64,000 nt of DNA from a virus (IMGVR_UViG_3300037455_000221:32001-96000); one strand, 5' to 3'; positions 7,423-18,283 are shown, counted from the first letter of the stretch. Notes: generated by a model from the sequence alone, not told the origin. Numbers and translations are program-made.

Positions 7423-8937
7423 ATGGCGACTACAAAGAAAACGACTGCGGGCAACACCCGCACTGCGGCAGAGATACAAAACTATCTTGAGTTTAATGAT
7501 CAGTTATTTAAGAAAACCCAGGAAACTCTGCTTAAGATTAAAGACCCTAATAGACAAACAATAGCAAGTATAATTGGCAAGGATCGAAGATTAATCCGCG
7601 AATATTTGAAGAACCCAGCAAATAACGAGTCGAACTTAATTGCATCGGCTCGTTATTTATTTTATAGGACACAGATATTCTTCAGGCTCGTACTCTTCTA
7701 TGCCAGTATGTTTGACTTTAGATGTAGACAAGTAATACCTAATATAAGCTTGACTAAAACAAATAACCAAAAGAAGATACTCAAGCAGTATAACGATACA
7801 CTAAATTGGCTTGACCGCTATGATATCCAGGGTATTATGTTACCCGCACTTATTCGTATATTCCGTGAAGATGTATTCTACGGTATCTTTTATCGCGACG
7901 AGAGTGGAAGTATACTCTATCCTCTTGATCCTTCATGGTGTCGTATTGATGGTATCTACTCTTCTCATGACTACGCTTATTCGGTAGATATGAGTAAGTT
8001 TAAGAGCGCGCAGATGCAAGAGTTTTTACAGTGGATCGGGGATCCTCTTCTGTCTATGTATCGGGAATATGAACGTACTAATGTAAAGTGGGTTCATATG
8101 GACGATAGATATGCGGCATGTTTTAAATTTCGCACAGATGATCTTGATCATGTATTGCCTCCGCTGATGGCTATACTTCAGCAATTGGCGGCGCTTAATG
8201 ATCTTGCGGATTTACAAGCTATTGCGGACGAGCTAAGCATCTACAAACTTTTGCTTATACCTATGAAAACTATATCAGGTAGTAAACGTAGTGATGATTT
8301 TGAAGTATCCCCTGAATTGATGCTTGGTTATTACAACAGGATGCTTGAGAACTTGCCTGACTATATCGCAGCTGCACTTATACCGGCAGATGTAGATAAA
8401 GATAATGTACTTGACTTTTCTACTACCTCTTCGGATAAAGATGTAGATAGACTTGAACAGAGTGAAAAAACATTACTTGGTACTGCAGGTGGTGGTGCTG
8501 TGCTTAATGCAAATATGATTACGTCTACCGCGGCATTCAAAGCATGGCTTAAGTCTGAGACTGAGTTCGCAATATCGCCACTTATACCACAGATACAAGG
8601 ATTCACAAATCGTATGCTCAAATATGATTGTGGTAATCCATGTACTGTAAATTACTTTGAGGTGTCTATATATACCAAAGAAGATTTACAAGCTACATTA
8701 CTTGAATCATGTCAGTATGGATTTAGTAACAGACTCGCATACAATACGTTTAATGGTGTTAGTGAAAGAGCAACTATTGCTATGCAGATGTTGGAGAACG
8801 ATATATTAAAGATGCCTGATAAGATGATACCTCTTTCCTCTTCTTATACACAAAGTGGTGATAGCGAGGAAGCGGGGCGTCCCGAAGTGCCCGACGATGA
8901 GTTAAGCGGATCGGGCGAACGTAGTAGAAATGAGTGA
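7423..8937 (+). CDS. Portal protein
   Basis: 504 aa; position before protease and capsid; C-terminal LSSSYTQSG..AGRP motif of SPbeta-like portals. Confidence 0.85.
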   Translation: MATTKKTTAGNTRTAAEIQNYLEFNDQLFKKTQETLLKIKDPNRQTIASIIGKDRRLIREYLKNPANNESNLIASARYLFYRTQIFFRLVLFYASMFDFRCRQVIPNISLTKTNNQKKILKQYNDTLNWLDRYDIQGIMLPALIRIFREDVFYGIFYRDESGSILYPLDPSWCRIDGIYSSHDYAYSVDMSKFKSAQMQEFLQWIGDPLLSMYREYERTNVKWVHMDDRYAACFKFRTDDLDHVLPPLMAILQQLAALNDLADLQAIADELSIYKLLLIPMKTISGSKRSDDFEVSPELMLGYYNRMLENLPDYIAAALIPADVDKDNVLDFSTTSSDKDVDRLEQSEKTLLGTAGGGAVLNANMITSTAAFKAWLKSETEFAISPLIPQIQGFTNRMLKYDCGNPCTVNYFEVSIYTKEDLQATLLESCQYGFSNRLAYNTFNGVSERATIAMQMLENDILKMPDKMIPLSSSYTQSGDSEEAGRPEVPDDELSGSGERSRNE

Positions 8938-8945
8938 GGTGAGAT

Positions 8946-9119
8946 ATGGATAAGGCAGCATTTATAAAAACTACGGATAAAGAGACAGCCGAACGATTGA
9001 TTAAACTGGGATACAATTTGATCACTCAATTCGGCGAAGAATATATTTTTGAGAATGACTCCATCACGACGTTCGATAAGAACGATAAGGTGGAGTTTTC
9101 TAATATAATGTATGGCTGA
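8946..9119 (+). CDS. 57-aa hypothetical protein (MDKAAFIKTTDKETAERLIKLGY...)
   Basis: RBS GAGGTG; fills the portal-protease gap; not in the ORF track. Confidence 0.65.
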   Translation: MDKAAFIKTTDKETAERLIKLGYNLITQFGEEYIFENDSITTFDKNDKVEFSNIMYG

Positions 9120-9134
9120 TAGAGAGGAGCGTCG

Positions 9135-10859
9135 ATGATTAAGTTACTTACACTCGACGATCTTTACAAATTCTTTGCAGAACAAAACAAGGATTATGTG
9201 TTCAGTTCTAAAGAAACTGACAGACAGTTCATGATTGGAATGTTTGCAGATATAACATTTGCTGATAATGAAGAGGAAAGTGATTTACTTCCTGTTCATT
9301 TACAAGCATGTCATACTGGCGAGAATGTTAATCACTGTTTTGTTTCAGACAGCACAATGGATGCCGCACTGCCGTCTCTTATAAACAAACCTATTCTTGG
9401 TTATATCTATAAAGACGATGAAGGCGAGTATCAATTCCGTGCCCATGATATGCATACAGAAAATGGAGAGACAGTATATGACGAGATCATTGTTGGATAT
9501 CTCCCCGAGTCATGTAATGCGCATGTTAAGTTTGACGAAGAAAAGAAAAAGAATTACGTAGAGGTCGACGGATACATTGTTGAGAAATATACCAAAGCCG
9601 CTGATATACTGCGCCGCGAAGGAAAATGTTATGTCAGTGTGGAAATGGCAGTTAATGAAATGTCATATGATGCCAAGACACATATTCTCAACATTACTGA
9701 TTTTACATTTACTGGGGTAACAATCCTCGGTAGATTTGAGGACGGAACTGAGGTACAACCGGGAATGGCTGGATCAAATATCACTATTCGTGATAGTGAA
9801 GTTTCGTTCGCTGAGCAGAAGGCTAAGCTTGAGGAACTCGAACGTCAAGTTGCAGAGCTCCAACAGAGTTTGTCTATAAATAATTCAGAGAAAGGAGGAA
9901 CAGATAGTCTTATGAAATTTGATGAACTTCTCAAAAAGTATAATAAGACTGCCGAAGAGGTAACTTTCGAAACCGAAGGATTTTCAGATGAAGAGCTTGA
10001 AGCAAAGTTCGCTGAAGCATTTGGTGAAGTGTCCGCAGAAGGAGAAGTTGCAGATCCTGAAGGAACTGCAGATCCAGCTCCTGCAGAGGTAGAGACACCC
10101 GCTGAAGGTGAAGCTGCTGCTGAAGGTGAAGAGTCTGAAAAGAAACCAGAGGAAGGTGAGGAGGCTGGTACTCCTGCTCCTGAAGAAGGTGAAGCCGCTC
10201 CCGCAGAAGGTACACCAGTGCCCGAAGCTCCCGCAGCGAACATCACCGCATCAATCAAGACTGGCGACAAGGTTACCAACTTTGGACTTAGTCTTGACGA
10301 AAAGGCATATGCTATCCAAGAACTTGTAAACGCTACTTATGCTGACGCTGACAATGATTATTATTTTACTGAGTGTTTTGAAGACGATGGATATGTAATC
10401 ATGCAATCTTGGTGCACTGGACGTGCATTCAAGCAGAACATCGAGCGTAATGGCGATGAGTACTCTCTTGTAGGAGACAGAGTTGAAGTATTCTCAGTTT
10501 GGGTAACCGAAGATGAGAAGAAACAGCTTGAGTCAATGAAGAGTTCTTATGACTCTATGTTGACAAAGATACAAAATTATGAGAGCGAACCTCAGAAGAT
10601 GGAAGTACTTAATAAAGAAAAGTACAACTATGTTCGCGAGAGTGAAGAGTTCTCAAAACTTATGACGACCGAATCACATTTTAATATGTCGGTCGAAGAA
10701 GTTACAGCAAAAGCTGATTCCATTTTGCTTAATGCAGCAGAGAGCGGATCGCTCAAGTTTGCAGAACAGCAAAATGTTCAGACAACCCGTAAGCCTGTCA
10801 TGTTTAAGGCAACTAAGACCACCGGCAGATACGGAAACATGTTTAATAGAGACAAATAA
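9135..10859 (+). CDS. Prohead protease/scaffold
   Basis: ACHTGENVN, VSVEM, FTGVTILG..VQPGM protease-like N-half; acidic Ala/Glu/Pro-rich C-half. Confidence 0.75.
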   Translation: MIKLLTLDDLYKFFAEQNKDYVFSSKETDRQFMIGMFADITFADNEEESDLLPVHLQACHTGENVNHCFVSDSTMDAALPSLINKPILGYIYKDDEGEYQFRAHDMHTENGETVYDEIIVGYLPESCNAHVKFDEEKKKNYVEVDGYIVEKYTKAADILRREGKCYVSVEMAVNEMSYDAKTHILNITDFTFTGVTILGRFEDGTEVQPGMAGSNITIRDSEVSFAEQKAKLEELERQVAELQQSLSINNSEKGGTDSLMKFDELLKKYNKTAEEVTFETEGFSDEELEAKFAEAFGEVSAEGEVADPEGTADPAPAEVETPAEGEAAAEGEESEKKPEEGEEAGTPAPEEGEAAPAEGTPVPEAPAANITASIKTGDKVTNFGLSLDEKAYAIQELVNATYADADNDYYFTECFEDDGYVIMQSWCTGRAFKQNIERNGDEYSLVGDRVEVFSVWVTEDEKKQLESMKSSYDSMLTKIQNYESEPQKMEVLNKEKYNYVRESEEFSKLMTTESHFNMSVEEVTAKADSILLNAAESGSLKFAEQQNVQTTRKPVMFKATKTTGRYGNMFNRDK

Positions 10860-10880
10860 TCTTTGAAAGGAGAAAACATT

Positions 10881-11369
10881 ATGGCTTATTCAGTCACTGT
10901 TGCTAAGCACAATGTAGCATTTCCGTCCAAGATTCGTTCTGGCGGTGATGGACACACACTTAATATTTTTGTAAACGCAGATACCGATAATGGTGTTGTT
11001 GGTTCTGTAGGAACTTGGAAGGATTTCGACCGTTACAATTTCGTAGCTGGCAATTCCTCTTTCGTAGGCAAGCTTCATGCTGCTGCTAACGGAAACTGGT
11101 ATGTCGAGGTTACTGCAATCGACGTTGAGAATCCCCCTGTATTCCTTTACAACTCTCCCATCATTGAGGATGAGAGATATGCAGATCGTCCCGATGCATT
11201 CTTCAATGCTCAGAATGATACTGTAAAGGGATATATCCTTGAGCTCTTTGATGTATTCGAGGAGTCTGAGGCTATCTTTACATTCAACACTTCAAAGGCT
11301 ACCGACCTTGTTGAGGGCGCTACTGTTGAAGTTGCAGCTAACAACAAGCTTAAGGTTACCGCACCGTAA
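10881..11369 (+). CDS. Head decoration/minor capsid protein
   Basis: Between scaffold and MCP; strongly biased codon usage. Confidence 0.6.
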   Translation: MAYSVTVAKHNVAFPSKIRSGGDGHTLNIFVNADTDNGVVGSVGTWKDFDRYNFVAGNSSFVGKLHAAANGNWYVEVTAIDVENPPVFLYNSPIIEDERYADRPDAFFNAQNDTVKGYILELFDVFEESEAIFTFNTSKATDLVEGATVEVAANNKLKVTAP

Positions 11370-11395
11370 TAAGAGAGAAAGGAGGACAATATATT

Positions 11396-12520
11396 ATGAG
11401 ACTTACATTTTCTGAAAAAGAGCTTGCAATCTTTGCTAAGCATGAAACAAATGAAGATGCTATCAAGAACCTTATGTTCGACCTTTCTCGTGGAAATGAG
11501 ATCGTTGACAGCGAGGGCAAGGTAGTTTCTAAGGCAGAAGCTAATGATAAGCTTCGTGCTTTTACTCTTGACTTTGTTGGTCTTGAGAAGGGATTCTCTC
11601 AGAGAGATCTGAAGAGAGCGTTCCAGAGCGGACAGATCCGCAGATACTTTGACCTCATTGAGGAGATCGTTGATGACTCTCTCGATGTAGGATATCATGA
11701 GTCCGAGTGGTTCAACAGACTTGTTGACTACAGAAATATCGCTAATGGCGACGGAGTTGAGTTCAAGGTTGAGGATGACAATGTTATCCTTTCCATCGCT
11801 ACTGTTGGAAAGTCACATCATGACTACATCCTTCAGAGACCTGCTCTTGGAACAACCTATACTCTTCCTATGGGTCGTTATGGCGCAGCTGTAGGCCTTG
11901 ATATCAATAGATATCTTGCTGGACAGGAAGACTTTGCTAAGCTTATCGCTATGCTTACCAAGTCTATCATGGTTAAGAACCAGGGCATAATCTATGGTGC
12001 TATCGCTAACGCTGTTTCCAGCCTTAGAGTTACTACTGGTTTCGTAGATTCCGGTCAGCTTAACGCTTCTACTAAGGACGATTTCGATGAGATCATCGAC
12101 AACGTTAGATCCATCTATGGTGACGCTGTTATCATCGGAACAAAGACAGCTCTTAGAAAGATTACTGGCCTTGCAAATGTTCAGTGGGCTTCTGATGCAC
12201 AGAAGGCTGAGATTGCTGGCATGGGCAGACTTGGTTCTTACGAAGGAACCGCTATGATCGAAGTTGAGCAGAGATTTGCTGACAAGACTCTCGATGTAAA
12301 TAAGAAGCTCATGGATGACAGCAAGCTTTACATTCTTCCTAGCGATGACTATAAGATCGTTGAGTTCGTCACTCGTGGCGAGACCGAGATCGATGAGATC
12401 ACCGAGAAGGGCGAAGAGCACGGCCGCATCGATGACATCGGCAAGTATGAAGTTCAGTACGAACAGGGTATTGCTGTTAAGGCTAATAGACAGTTCGGTG
12501 TATGGACTATACTTCCTTAA
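11396..12520 (+). CDS. Major capsid protein
   Basis: 374 aa; strong codon bias; IIGTKTAL..GRLGSYEG motifs; followed by a terminator. Confidence 0.85.
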   Translation: MRLTFSEKELAIFAKHETNEDAIKNLMFDLSRGNEIVDSEGKVVSKAEANDKLRAFTLDFVGLEKGFSQRDLKRAFQSGQIRRYFDLIEEIVDDSLDVGYHESEWFNRLVDYRNIANGDGVEFKVEDDNVILSIATVGKSHHDYILQRPALGTTYTLPMGRYGAAVGLDINRYLAGQEDFAKLIAMLTKSIMVKNQGIIYGAIANAVSSLRVTTGFVDSGQLNASTKDDFDEIIDNVRSIYGDAVIIGTKTALRKITGLANVQWASDAQKAEIAGMGRLGSYEGTAMIEVEQRFADKTLDVNKKLMDDSKLYILPSDDYKIVEFVTRGETEIDEITEKGEEHGRIDDIGKYEVQYEQGIAVKANRQFGVWTILP

Positions 12521-12571
12521 TTGACATTATAACAATAGAGAGCTCCTGCTTTAGTGGAGAGTTTATAAATC

Positions 12572-12602
12572 AGTGGGGGAGTCCGCGCACTCTCCCACTT
12601 TT
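12572..12602 (+). terminator. Intrinsic terminator after MCP
   Basis: AGTGGGGGAGT-CCGCGC-ACTCTCCCACT-TTT. Confidence 0.7.
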
Positions 12603-12623
12603 GAGTAAAAGGAGAATATAATA

Positions 12624-13235
12624 ATGGCTTACACAAAAAAGACAACTACTAAGAAAACCGCAGTCAAAGCAACACCTATCAAGCCTGATCCTATCGAGAT
12701 TGGGGTTCCAATCGAGATTGGGGTTCCTATTGAAGAGGAAGATATTCCTTTTGAAGAGGAAGCGCCCAAGAAAGAAAAGAGAGTCTTTCATGCGGATGAC
12801 ATGATTCTCTGTCGTTCGGTTACTGTAGGCAAGCTTGTTCTGGTAGGACAGACTAACAACACTGTATATAGATGGATGAACTATGGTGATGAGATTGAGA
12901 TCGAGTACAGAGACCTTTCTGCTCTGGTACGCGCTCACTCTCCTTATGTCTACACTCCTTACTTTATCGTTGAGGATGAAGATTTCATCGCAGAGTTCCG
13001 CGAGCTTGACAAGTTCTATAAGGAAAAGTTTACGATCAGTGAGCTAACCGATATCCTCAGGATGAATGAAGGAGATATGGAAGATGCAATTGCCGTGCTT
13101 CCTAAGGGAGCGAAAGAGCAGTTCATTAATCTTGCTTCCACTCAGATTTCAACCGGTGAACTTGACAGTGTACGAAAGATCAAAGTGCTTGAGAGGATTC
13201 TTGGCGTAGATTTTTCATTGGTAGCTGGAATATAA
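12624..13235 (+). CDS. Head-associated hypothetical protein
   Basis: Synteny after MCP; contains an 18-nt tandem duplication (PIEIGV x2). Confidence 0.6.
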   Translation: MAYTKKTTTKKTAVKATPIKPDPIEIGVPIEIGVPIEEEDIPFEEEAPKKEKRVFHADDMILCRSVTVGKLVLVGQTNNTVYRWMNYGDEIEIEYRDLSALVRAHSPYVYTPYFIVEDEDFIAEFRELDKFYKEKFTISELTDILRMNEGDMEDAIAVLPKGAKEQFINLASTQISTGELDSVRKIKVLERILGVDFSLVAGI

Positions 13236-13261
13236 GTGAGTCGTAGAGATGGAGGTGAGTT

Positions 13262-13735
13262 ATGTCTTCCATAAATTACGATGACATATTTAGTAGTTTT
13301 CTATCTAACGTTACGGACTACAAGATTGCGACACAAGACGAAGATGTGACCACCGAGCAGTTGACCGAGTATCTGCATAAGGTAATCGGCACTCCGTATA
13401 TCAATGCATTATTTCAGTCTATTGAATTAGATGATAATGCCGCTGTGCTTACATATGTAATGAAGACCCCGGATGTTAATCCTGGTAATGACGATTACTT
13501 CATGATTAATATGTTAGGTAAAGCGATGGTATACGAATGGGTACATCCCCAGGTTCGCAAGACGTCATTACTTGCTCAGATGTTCTCAGGTAAAGAGGTG
13601 AAGTGGTATGCGCAAAGCAATCACATTCTTGAACTTCGTGGCATTGAAGAAGATACTGAGCTTGAGGTAAGACGTATGATCAGAGACCGTGGCTTTATCT
13701 CAAATTCTTATTTGGGAGGTGCGGTGAATGATTAA
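13262..13735 (+). CDS. Head-tail adaptor (putative)
   Basis: Synteny and size. Confidence 0.5.
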   Translation: MSSINYDDIFSSFLSNVTDYKIATQDEDVTTEQLTEYLHKVIGTPYINALFQSIELDDNAAVLTYVMKTPDVNPGNDDYFMINMLGKAMVYEWVHPQVRKTSLLAQMFSGKEVKWYAQSNHILELRGIEEDTELEVRRMIRDRGFISNSYLGGAVND

Positions 13736-14051
13736 GTTTACAAGCGAACAAATAGAAAGTGAAAAGAAGCTGCTGCAAAAGAAAGTATTCTATCTTCTGC
13801 TTATTGTTGATCCTGACACTACGGATAAGTATCCGAATGTAGATGTTGAGGCGGCGTTTGATGATATATTCTCAGACCTTGATGGATTGAATGAATTGTT
13901 TTCATATCCGGCCGAGATAATCAATGTAGCAAAGAAACTTGCAAAGGCTCTTAAAGAATTTAGATCTCCCGACTTTGAGTATAAGCGATATAGAAAATTT
14001 ATACTTGATGCGGGAAATGAAGTAACTAAGATCGGACAAGGAGGTGATTAA
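13728..14051 (+). CDS. Hypothetical protein
   Basis: Coupled ORF with RBS GGAGGTG. Confidence 0.6.
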   Translation: MIKFTSEQIESEKKLLQKKVFYLLLIVDPDTTDKYPNVDVEAAFDDIFSDLDGLNELFSYPAEIINVAKKLAKALKEFRSPDFEYKRYRKFILDAGNEVTKIGQGGD

Positions 14052-15260
14052 ATGCCTTCCTTGCAAACATATAAAAGAATGCTTGGTACGCACACAAACG
14101 GCGAAGCCCATAAAGTGGAATCAGACATGGTAATGGAAGAAACATGGTATGACGATATTCAAACTCGTCTTGCTTATTTCTATGATTATGAACATGATGC
14201 ACATCCACGACAGTTCGAGGGCTTAAGTCCCGCGGACGATGCCGACAAGGTGCCAATCACAATTAAGTACATTGAGAACAGTTCACAGACTCTTAATAAG
14301 GACGCGGTAAGTTATCATATTATGTTTCAGCCTTCTCAGGATCTGAACGTGGTAAGTTACTATAAGAAGAATTATGAAGAGCGTTGGGGTGCTACATTTC
14401 CATGTGGATTATATGTAGATATTCCGGACTATCGTGGTGTGTACAATAGATGGCTTGTGGTCGGCATGGCACAGAGTAATAACGCTCAATTTCCTACTTA
14501 CGAAATATTACGCGTTAACTATCTGTTCACGTGGATATTTAATCGAACCAAGTATCAAATGGCAGGAGTCCAGAGAAACCAGAACTCGTATAACTCTGGT
14601 GTGTGGATGGACTATGTTTTTGAAACGCCTAACGATGTTATAAAGTTTTATTTGCCAATGAATGAAGTTACTTCTAAGCTGACCTATAATCAGCGACTTA
14701 TTGTTGATACAAAGATTGATGTTGCACAAGGAGCAATCCCGCGTGTATGGCAAATATCTAAAGTATCACACACCACTCCACATGGAATTGGTATATATAC
14801 CGGTGCCCAAGACGTATGGGATCCTAATAGGGATTATGTCGAGTATGAAGTAGCGGGAGATCCCTCTACTATCACCGGCATGTATGCGGATTATTTTGGT
14901 GAGAATACTCCTGAGGATTTCCTCGAAGAACCTGAAATTGATCCTAATAAACATATCGAAATGGTCGCAGCTGGTGTATCACAAACCATTAAGGTGGGTG
15001 GAAGTTCTAAAAAGATTACCGCACTCTTCTATGAGGGCGACGATCAAGTTGCGCCTGAATCTGGAACATGGAGTTATACAGTCGATGGTGAAGATGTATC
15101 TTCGCTGATCACTGAATCATTTGATGGTCTAGACATTAATCAGGTACGTATTAAATTTGCTGACGATACGAATTATGTAGGTAAGATCCTTACTGTGACT
15201 TACACTACTTCTCCAGTAGTAATCGTTGGTACATTAACATTGTCTATAAGCGGATTGTAA
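14052..15260 (+). CDS. Head closure/neck protein with a C-terminal Ig-like domain (putative)
   Basis: Synteny; beta-rich C-terminus (IKVGGSSKKITA...VGKILTVTY). Confidence 0.5.
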   Translation: MPSLQTYKRMLGTHTNGEAHKVESDMVMEETWYDDIQTRLAYFYDYEHDAHPRQFEGLSPADDADKVPITIKYIENSSQTLNKDAVSYHIMFQPSQDLNVVSYYKKNYEERWGATFPCGLYVDIPDYRGVYNRWLVVGMAQSNNAQFPTYEILRVNYLFTWIFNRTKYQMAGVQRNQNSYNSGVWMDYVFETPNDVIKFYLPMNEVTSKLTYNQRLIVDTKIDVAQGAIPRVWQISKVSHTTPHGIGIYTGAQDVWDPNRDYVEYEVAGDPSTITGMYADYFGENTPEDFLEEPEIDPNKHIEMVAAGVSQTIKVGGSSKKITALFYEGDDQVAPESGTWSYTVDGEDVSSLITESFDGLDINQVRIKFADDTNYVGKILTVTYTTSPVVIVGTLTLSISGL

Positions 15261-15272
15261 AGGAGATTGAAT

Positions 15273-15872
15273 ATGGAATGGACTGATCAAGACACTGCCT
15301 ATTTCGCGTCTCTGGTACATGATGTAGAAGACGACGACTCAAGGCTTAAAAGGGAAATAAAGGAAAAACTCATAAGTAATAAGTATATAATTAAGGCTCT
15401 TGATAATAAGGAATTGGAGAAAGCAGAAGCCGAACCAGATGAATATTATGGAAAGTCAATCTTCCCATATTACATTATTCATCCTACTCAGGTGCAAGCT
15501 AATAACTTTATTTGTTTTGAGACACGTTTCAGTGAGTTGGAACGTTATAACAAAGCAATGAAGATACAACAGATACTGTTTTATATTCTGTGTGAACAGA
15601 AGAATCAGGCAGTAACAACTGAGACAGAACTTTCCGGCGCAATTACCGAACTTGGTATTGCTCGCCATGATCTTATTGCATCCTTACTTATTCATGAGTT
15701 TAATTTCTTCCCATTCAAAGGCGGCAAGGCTCATCTTATATCTAATGTGCCTAGCACAACAGATGATAATTATGCCGTACGCACACTTACATTTGAATTT
15801 ATCACTGATGCTAATCTAGTCAAGACTATTAATGGTGATCCTCAGTTTGTAAATAAACTGTATGCCAAATAA
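15273..15872 (+). CDS. Tail completion/terminator protein (putative)
   Basis: Synteny; RHDLIASLL motif. Confidence 0.45.
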   Translation: MEWTDQDTAYFASLVHDVEDDDSRLKREIKEKLISNKYIIKALDNKELEKAEAEPDEYYGKSIFPYYIIHPTQVQANNFICFETRFSELERYNKAMKIQQILFYILCEQKNQAVTTETELSGAITELGIARHDLIASLLIHEFNFFPFKGGKAHLISNVPSTTDDNYAVRTLTFEFITDANLVKTINGDPQFVNKLYAK

Positions 15873-16707
15873 TAAGACGGTAGAATCCGCGGGTCAAACA
15901 TTAGGTAAGTTAGCTCCTATAAAGACTAAATTGCCGCCCCGGTATCCTACCCTTGAAATTGATAGGTTAAAAATATTTTTTGGAGATCCATTAGTAATTG
16001 ATGAAGATGGAGTTAGAGGCGTTGTTACTGTAAAGGCTCCGACCATAGGTGACATCCTCGCGATTGGTGAATCAAGATTTTATAGTAACTTGAGTATACT
16101 CGTCGGGAACACGACGCAATTTAGACTAATGTTGTGGGAGGCTGGAATAGATTGGAACACAATCACTGACTTCCAACTTTTTATCATTATGTACAAACAA
16201 TTAGAACCCGATGTAATCGGCCTATTGTTTGATAACATAGATTTTCAAAACTTTGAGGTATATGAGCGCCCCAAGGAAGATGGAAGTATGGAGAGATATC
16301 TCTATGACAAGGAGACCGACACGGAGATAACGGAACTTGTTTATCAATACTTTCATCAATATCTCCAAAATGTTTTTAATATGAAACCCGAACGCGAGCT
16401 AACCCCAGATAAGATGTTGAAGGAAGCTTGGATTCGTAAAGATCAAATTGAATTAAGGCAGAAACAAAAGAAGGGTGAGAACTCTTCTTTTTCTTTTGTT
16501 CCTTTGATCAGCACGTATATCAATCATCCAGGCACGAAGCATTCTTTAAAGGAATTACGCGAGGTAGGTGTGGCTGAGTTCTTTGATTCACTCAAGCGTA
16601 TTCAAGTATATGAACATGCAACTGCCGTGCTTAAAGGCATGTATTCGGGTTTTGTAAATAGCAAAGATATAGATCCTTCGGCTTATGACTTTGCCAAGGA
16701 TATCTAA
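15862..16707 (+). CDS. Tail-region hypothetical protein
   Basis: Synteny before the major tail protein; PTIGDI and GMYSGFV motifs. Confidence 0.55.
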   Translation: MPNNKTVESAGQTLGKLAPIKTKLPPRYPTLEIDRLKIFFGDPLVIDEDGVRGVVTVKAPTIGDILAIGESRFYSNLSILVGNTTQFRLMLWEAGIDWNTITDFQLFIIMYKQLEPDVIGLLFDNIDFQNFEVYERPKEDGSMERYLYDKETDTEITELVYQYFHQYLQNVFNMKPERELTPDKMLKEAWIRKDQIELRQKQKKGENSSFSFVPLISTYINHPGTKHSLKELREVGVAEFFDSLKRIQVYEHATAVLKGMYSGFVNSKDIDPSAYDFAKDI

Positions 16708-16731
16708 AAAATAAAAATGGAGGACATAATT

Positions 16732-17550
16732 ATGGCTTTTAATCTTGGAAATTTCGCTGTAAAGGAAATTATCTATGGTGTAGCTCAGAACTTCGACAAT
16801 GATCTTCTGTACACCCTTGACCAGCTTACCAGTGCATCCATCGAGATCAGCTCTGATCCTATCGAGATCACTGATAAGAACGGAAACGTAATCCGTACAA
16901 TTTATCAGAGCAAGTCTGGTACTTTCACCGCATCTTCTGCTCTCCTTTCTCCTGTACTTCTGAACGCTCAGTCCGGAAGTCCTATGGAGATTGCTTCTGC
17001 ATCTTCAAAGATCGAGATGCCTTTCATCTCTGTTGTTGCTGCAGGAACTACTCTTGAGGTTGCTGATGCCAAGACTGGAACCATTCATGTAATGGGACTT
17101 TACAACAATGGAGCAAATGGCGCTGTTCTCACTCAGGGAACTTCTGCTGTTGTTGACGTATCTTTCGCATATGATGCAGATGCTCACACTGTTACTGTAC
17201 CCGCAAACGCTACTGGCGCACCTACAAAGTATCTTGTTAAGTATGACAGAGACGTAGAGGCTGGCTATAAGATTACCAACACCGCTTCTAAGTTCCCTGA
17301 TACTATTCACCTTACTCTGTATGTTGCTATCGTAGATCCTTGTGAGGACGCTTACAGAGCAGCTTACGTTTATATTCCTAGCTTCCAGCCTGATCCCGCT
17401 GTTACGATCAATCTTGACGCTGAGAATACTGAGACCGATTTCAACGGAAGCCTTCAGATCGATTACTGCGATTCTGTAGATAAGGTTCTTTACTACATCT
17501 ACTTCCCTGATGAGGATGCAGTTACAACTGTAGTTACTTCTGAGTCTTAA
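16732..17550 (+). CDS. Major tail protein
   Basis: Codon bias like MCP; beta-rich; followed by a terminator. Confidence 0.75.
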   Translation: MAFNLGNFAVKEIIYGVAQNFDNDLLYTLDQLTSASIEISSDPIEITDKNGNVIRTIYQSKSGTFTASSALLSPVLLNAQSGSPMEIASASSKIEMPFISVVAAGTTLEVADAKTGTIHVMGLYNNGANGAVLTQGTSAVVDVSFAYDADAHTVTVPANATGAPTKYLVKYDRDVEAGYKITNTASKFPDTIHLTLYVAIVDPCEDAYRAAYVYIPSFQPDPAVTINLDAENTETDFNGSLQIDYCDSVDKVLYYIYFPDEDAVTTVVTSES

Positions 17551-17559
17551 TTCGTTAAG

Positions 17560-17589
17560 GCGGGGGCGGGCAACTGTCCCCGCTATTTT
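17560..17589 (+). terminator. Intrinsic terminator
   Basis: GCGGGGGCGG-GCAA-CTGTCCCCGC-TATTTT. Confidence 0.65.
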
Positions 17590-17600
17590 ATGGAGGCAAT

Positions 17601-17900
17601 ATGGCAAGAGGACAACGCAAGTGCATAGTCTGTGGATCTGATTATACTTACTGCCCAAGATGCGGTAATGGAAACGCTGAGGAGACGTGGAGATATCTGT
17701 ACGACACAGAACTCTGCAACAGCGTATTTGATATCCTCTCATCTTATTCTTTTAAGCACATTTCAAAGGATGAGGCGAGAGAAAAACTTGAGGGATTAGA
17801 TATTCCCAAGGGAATGAAATTCAATGCTGAAACTAAAAAGCAAATAAATGCCATTATGGCTAAACCTAAGAAGGAAACACAGATTGTGAACGAAGATTAA
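17601..17900 (+). CDS. Zn-finger hypothetical protein
   Basis: CIVC..YCPRC..C. Confidence 0.7.
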   Translation: MARGQRKCIVCGSDYTYCPRCGNGNAEETWRYLYDTELCNSVFDILSSYSFKHISKDEAREKLEGLDIPKGMKFNAETKKQINAIMAKPKKETQIVNED

Positions 17901-17959
17901 TTATATGGGATACATTCACAGTCTAGAGAATGATATCCCATTTTTTGTGGAGGAAACTT

Positions 17960-18283
17960 ATGGCAGAATTTTTCAGAGGTACCACTCCCATACTCACAAT
18001 CCAACTTTCTAACGGAGTAAAGTATGCGGAACTTGGTGAAACTCTATTCTTTAGATTCAAACAAGGCAGTGTAGTAATTGATGTTAATCCTACTATTAAT
18101 GGTGCCGGTGTGGCCGTACTTAAGCTTACTCAGGAGCAGACTCTTAAGTTTAAACCCGGAAAAGTGCTAGTGCAATTAATGGGTGTTGAAGGGCCTGAAG
18201 CTCAAGAGACAGTTGTTAAATCCAAGATTGGTGAAGTTATTGTAGAGGATTCAATTATTACTACTCCTATTCATAATTCATGA
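17960..18283 (+). CDS. BppU-N-like small beta protein
   Basis: RGTTP..LTQEQTLKF..VQL pattern. Confidence 0.5.
   Translation: MAEFFRGTTPILTIQLSNGVKYAELGETLFFRFKQGSVVIDVNPTINGAGVAVLKLTQEQTLKFKPGKVLVQLMGVEGPEAQETVVKSKIGEVIVEDSIITTPIHNS

Noticed and set aside
12690-12733. 18-nt tandem duplication (PIEIGV)
   Set aside because: Simple slippage in a low-complexity linker
9845-17742. Long antisense ORFs (9845-10279, 11813-12421, 17005-17742)
   Set aside because: Shadows of codon-biased structural genes, with no RBS or motifs
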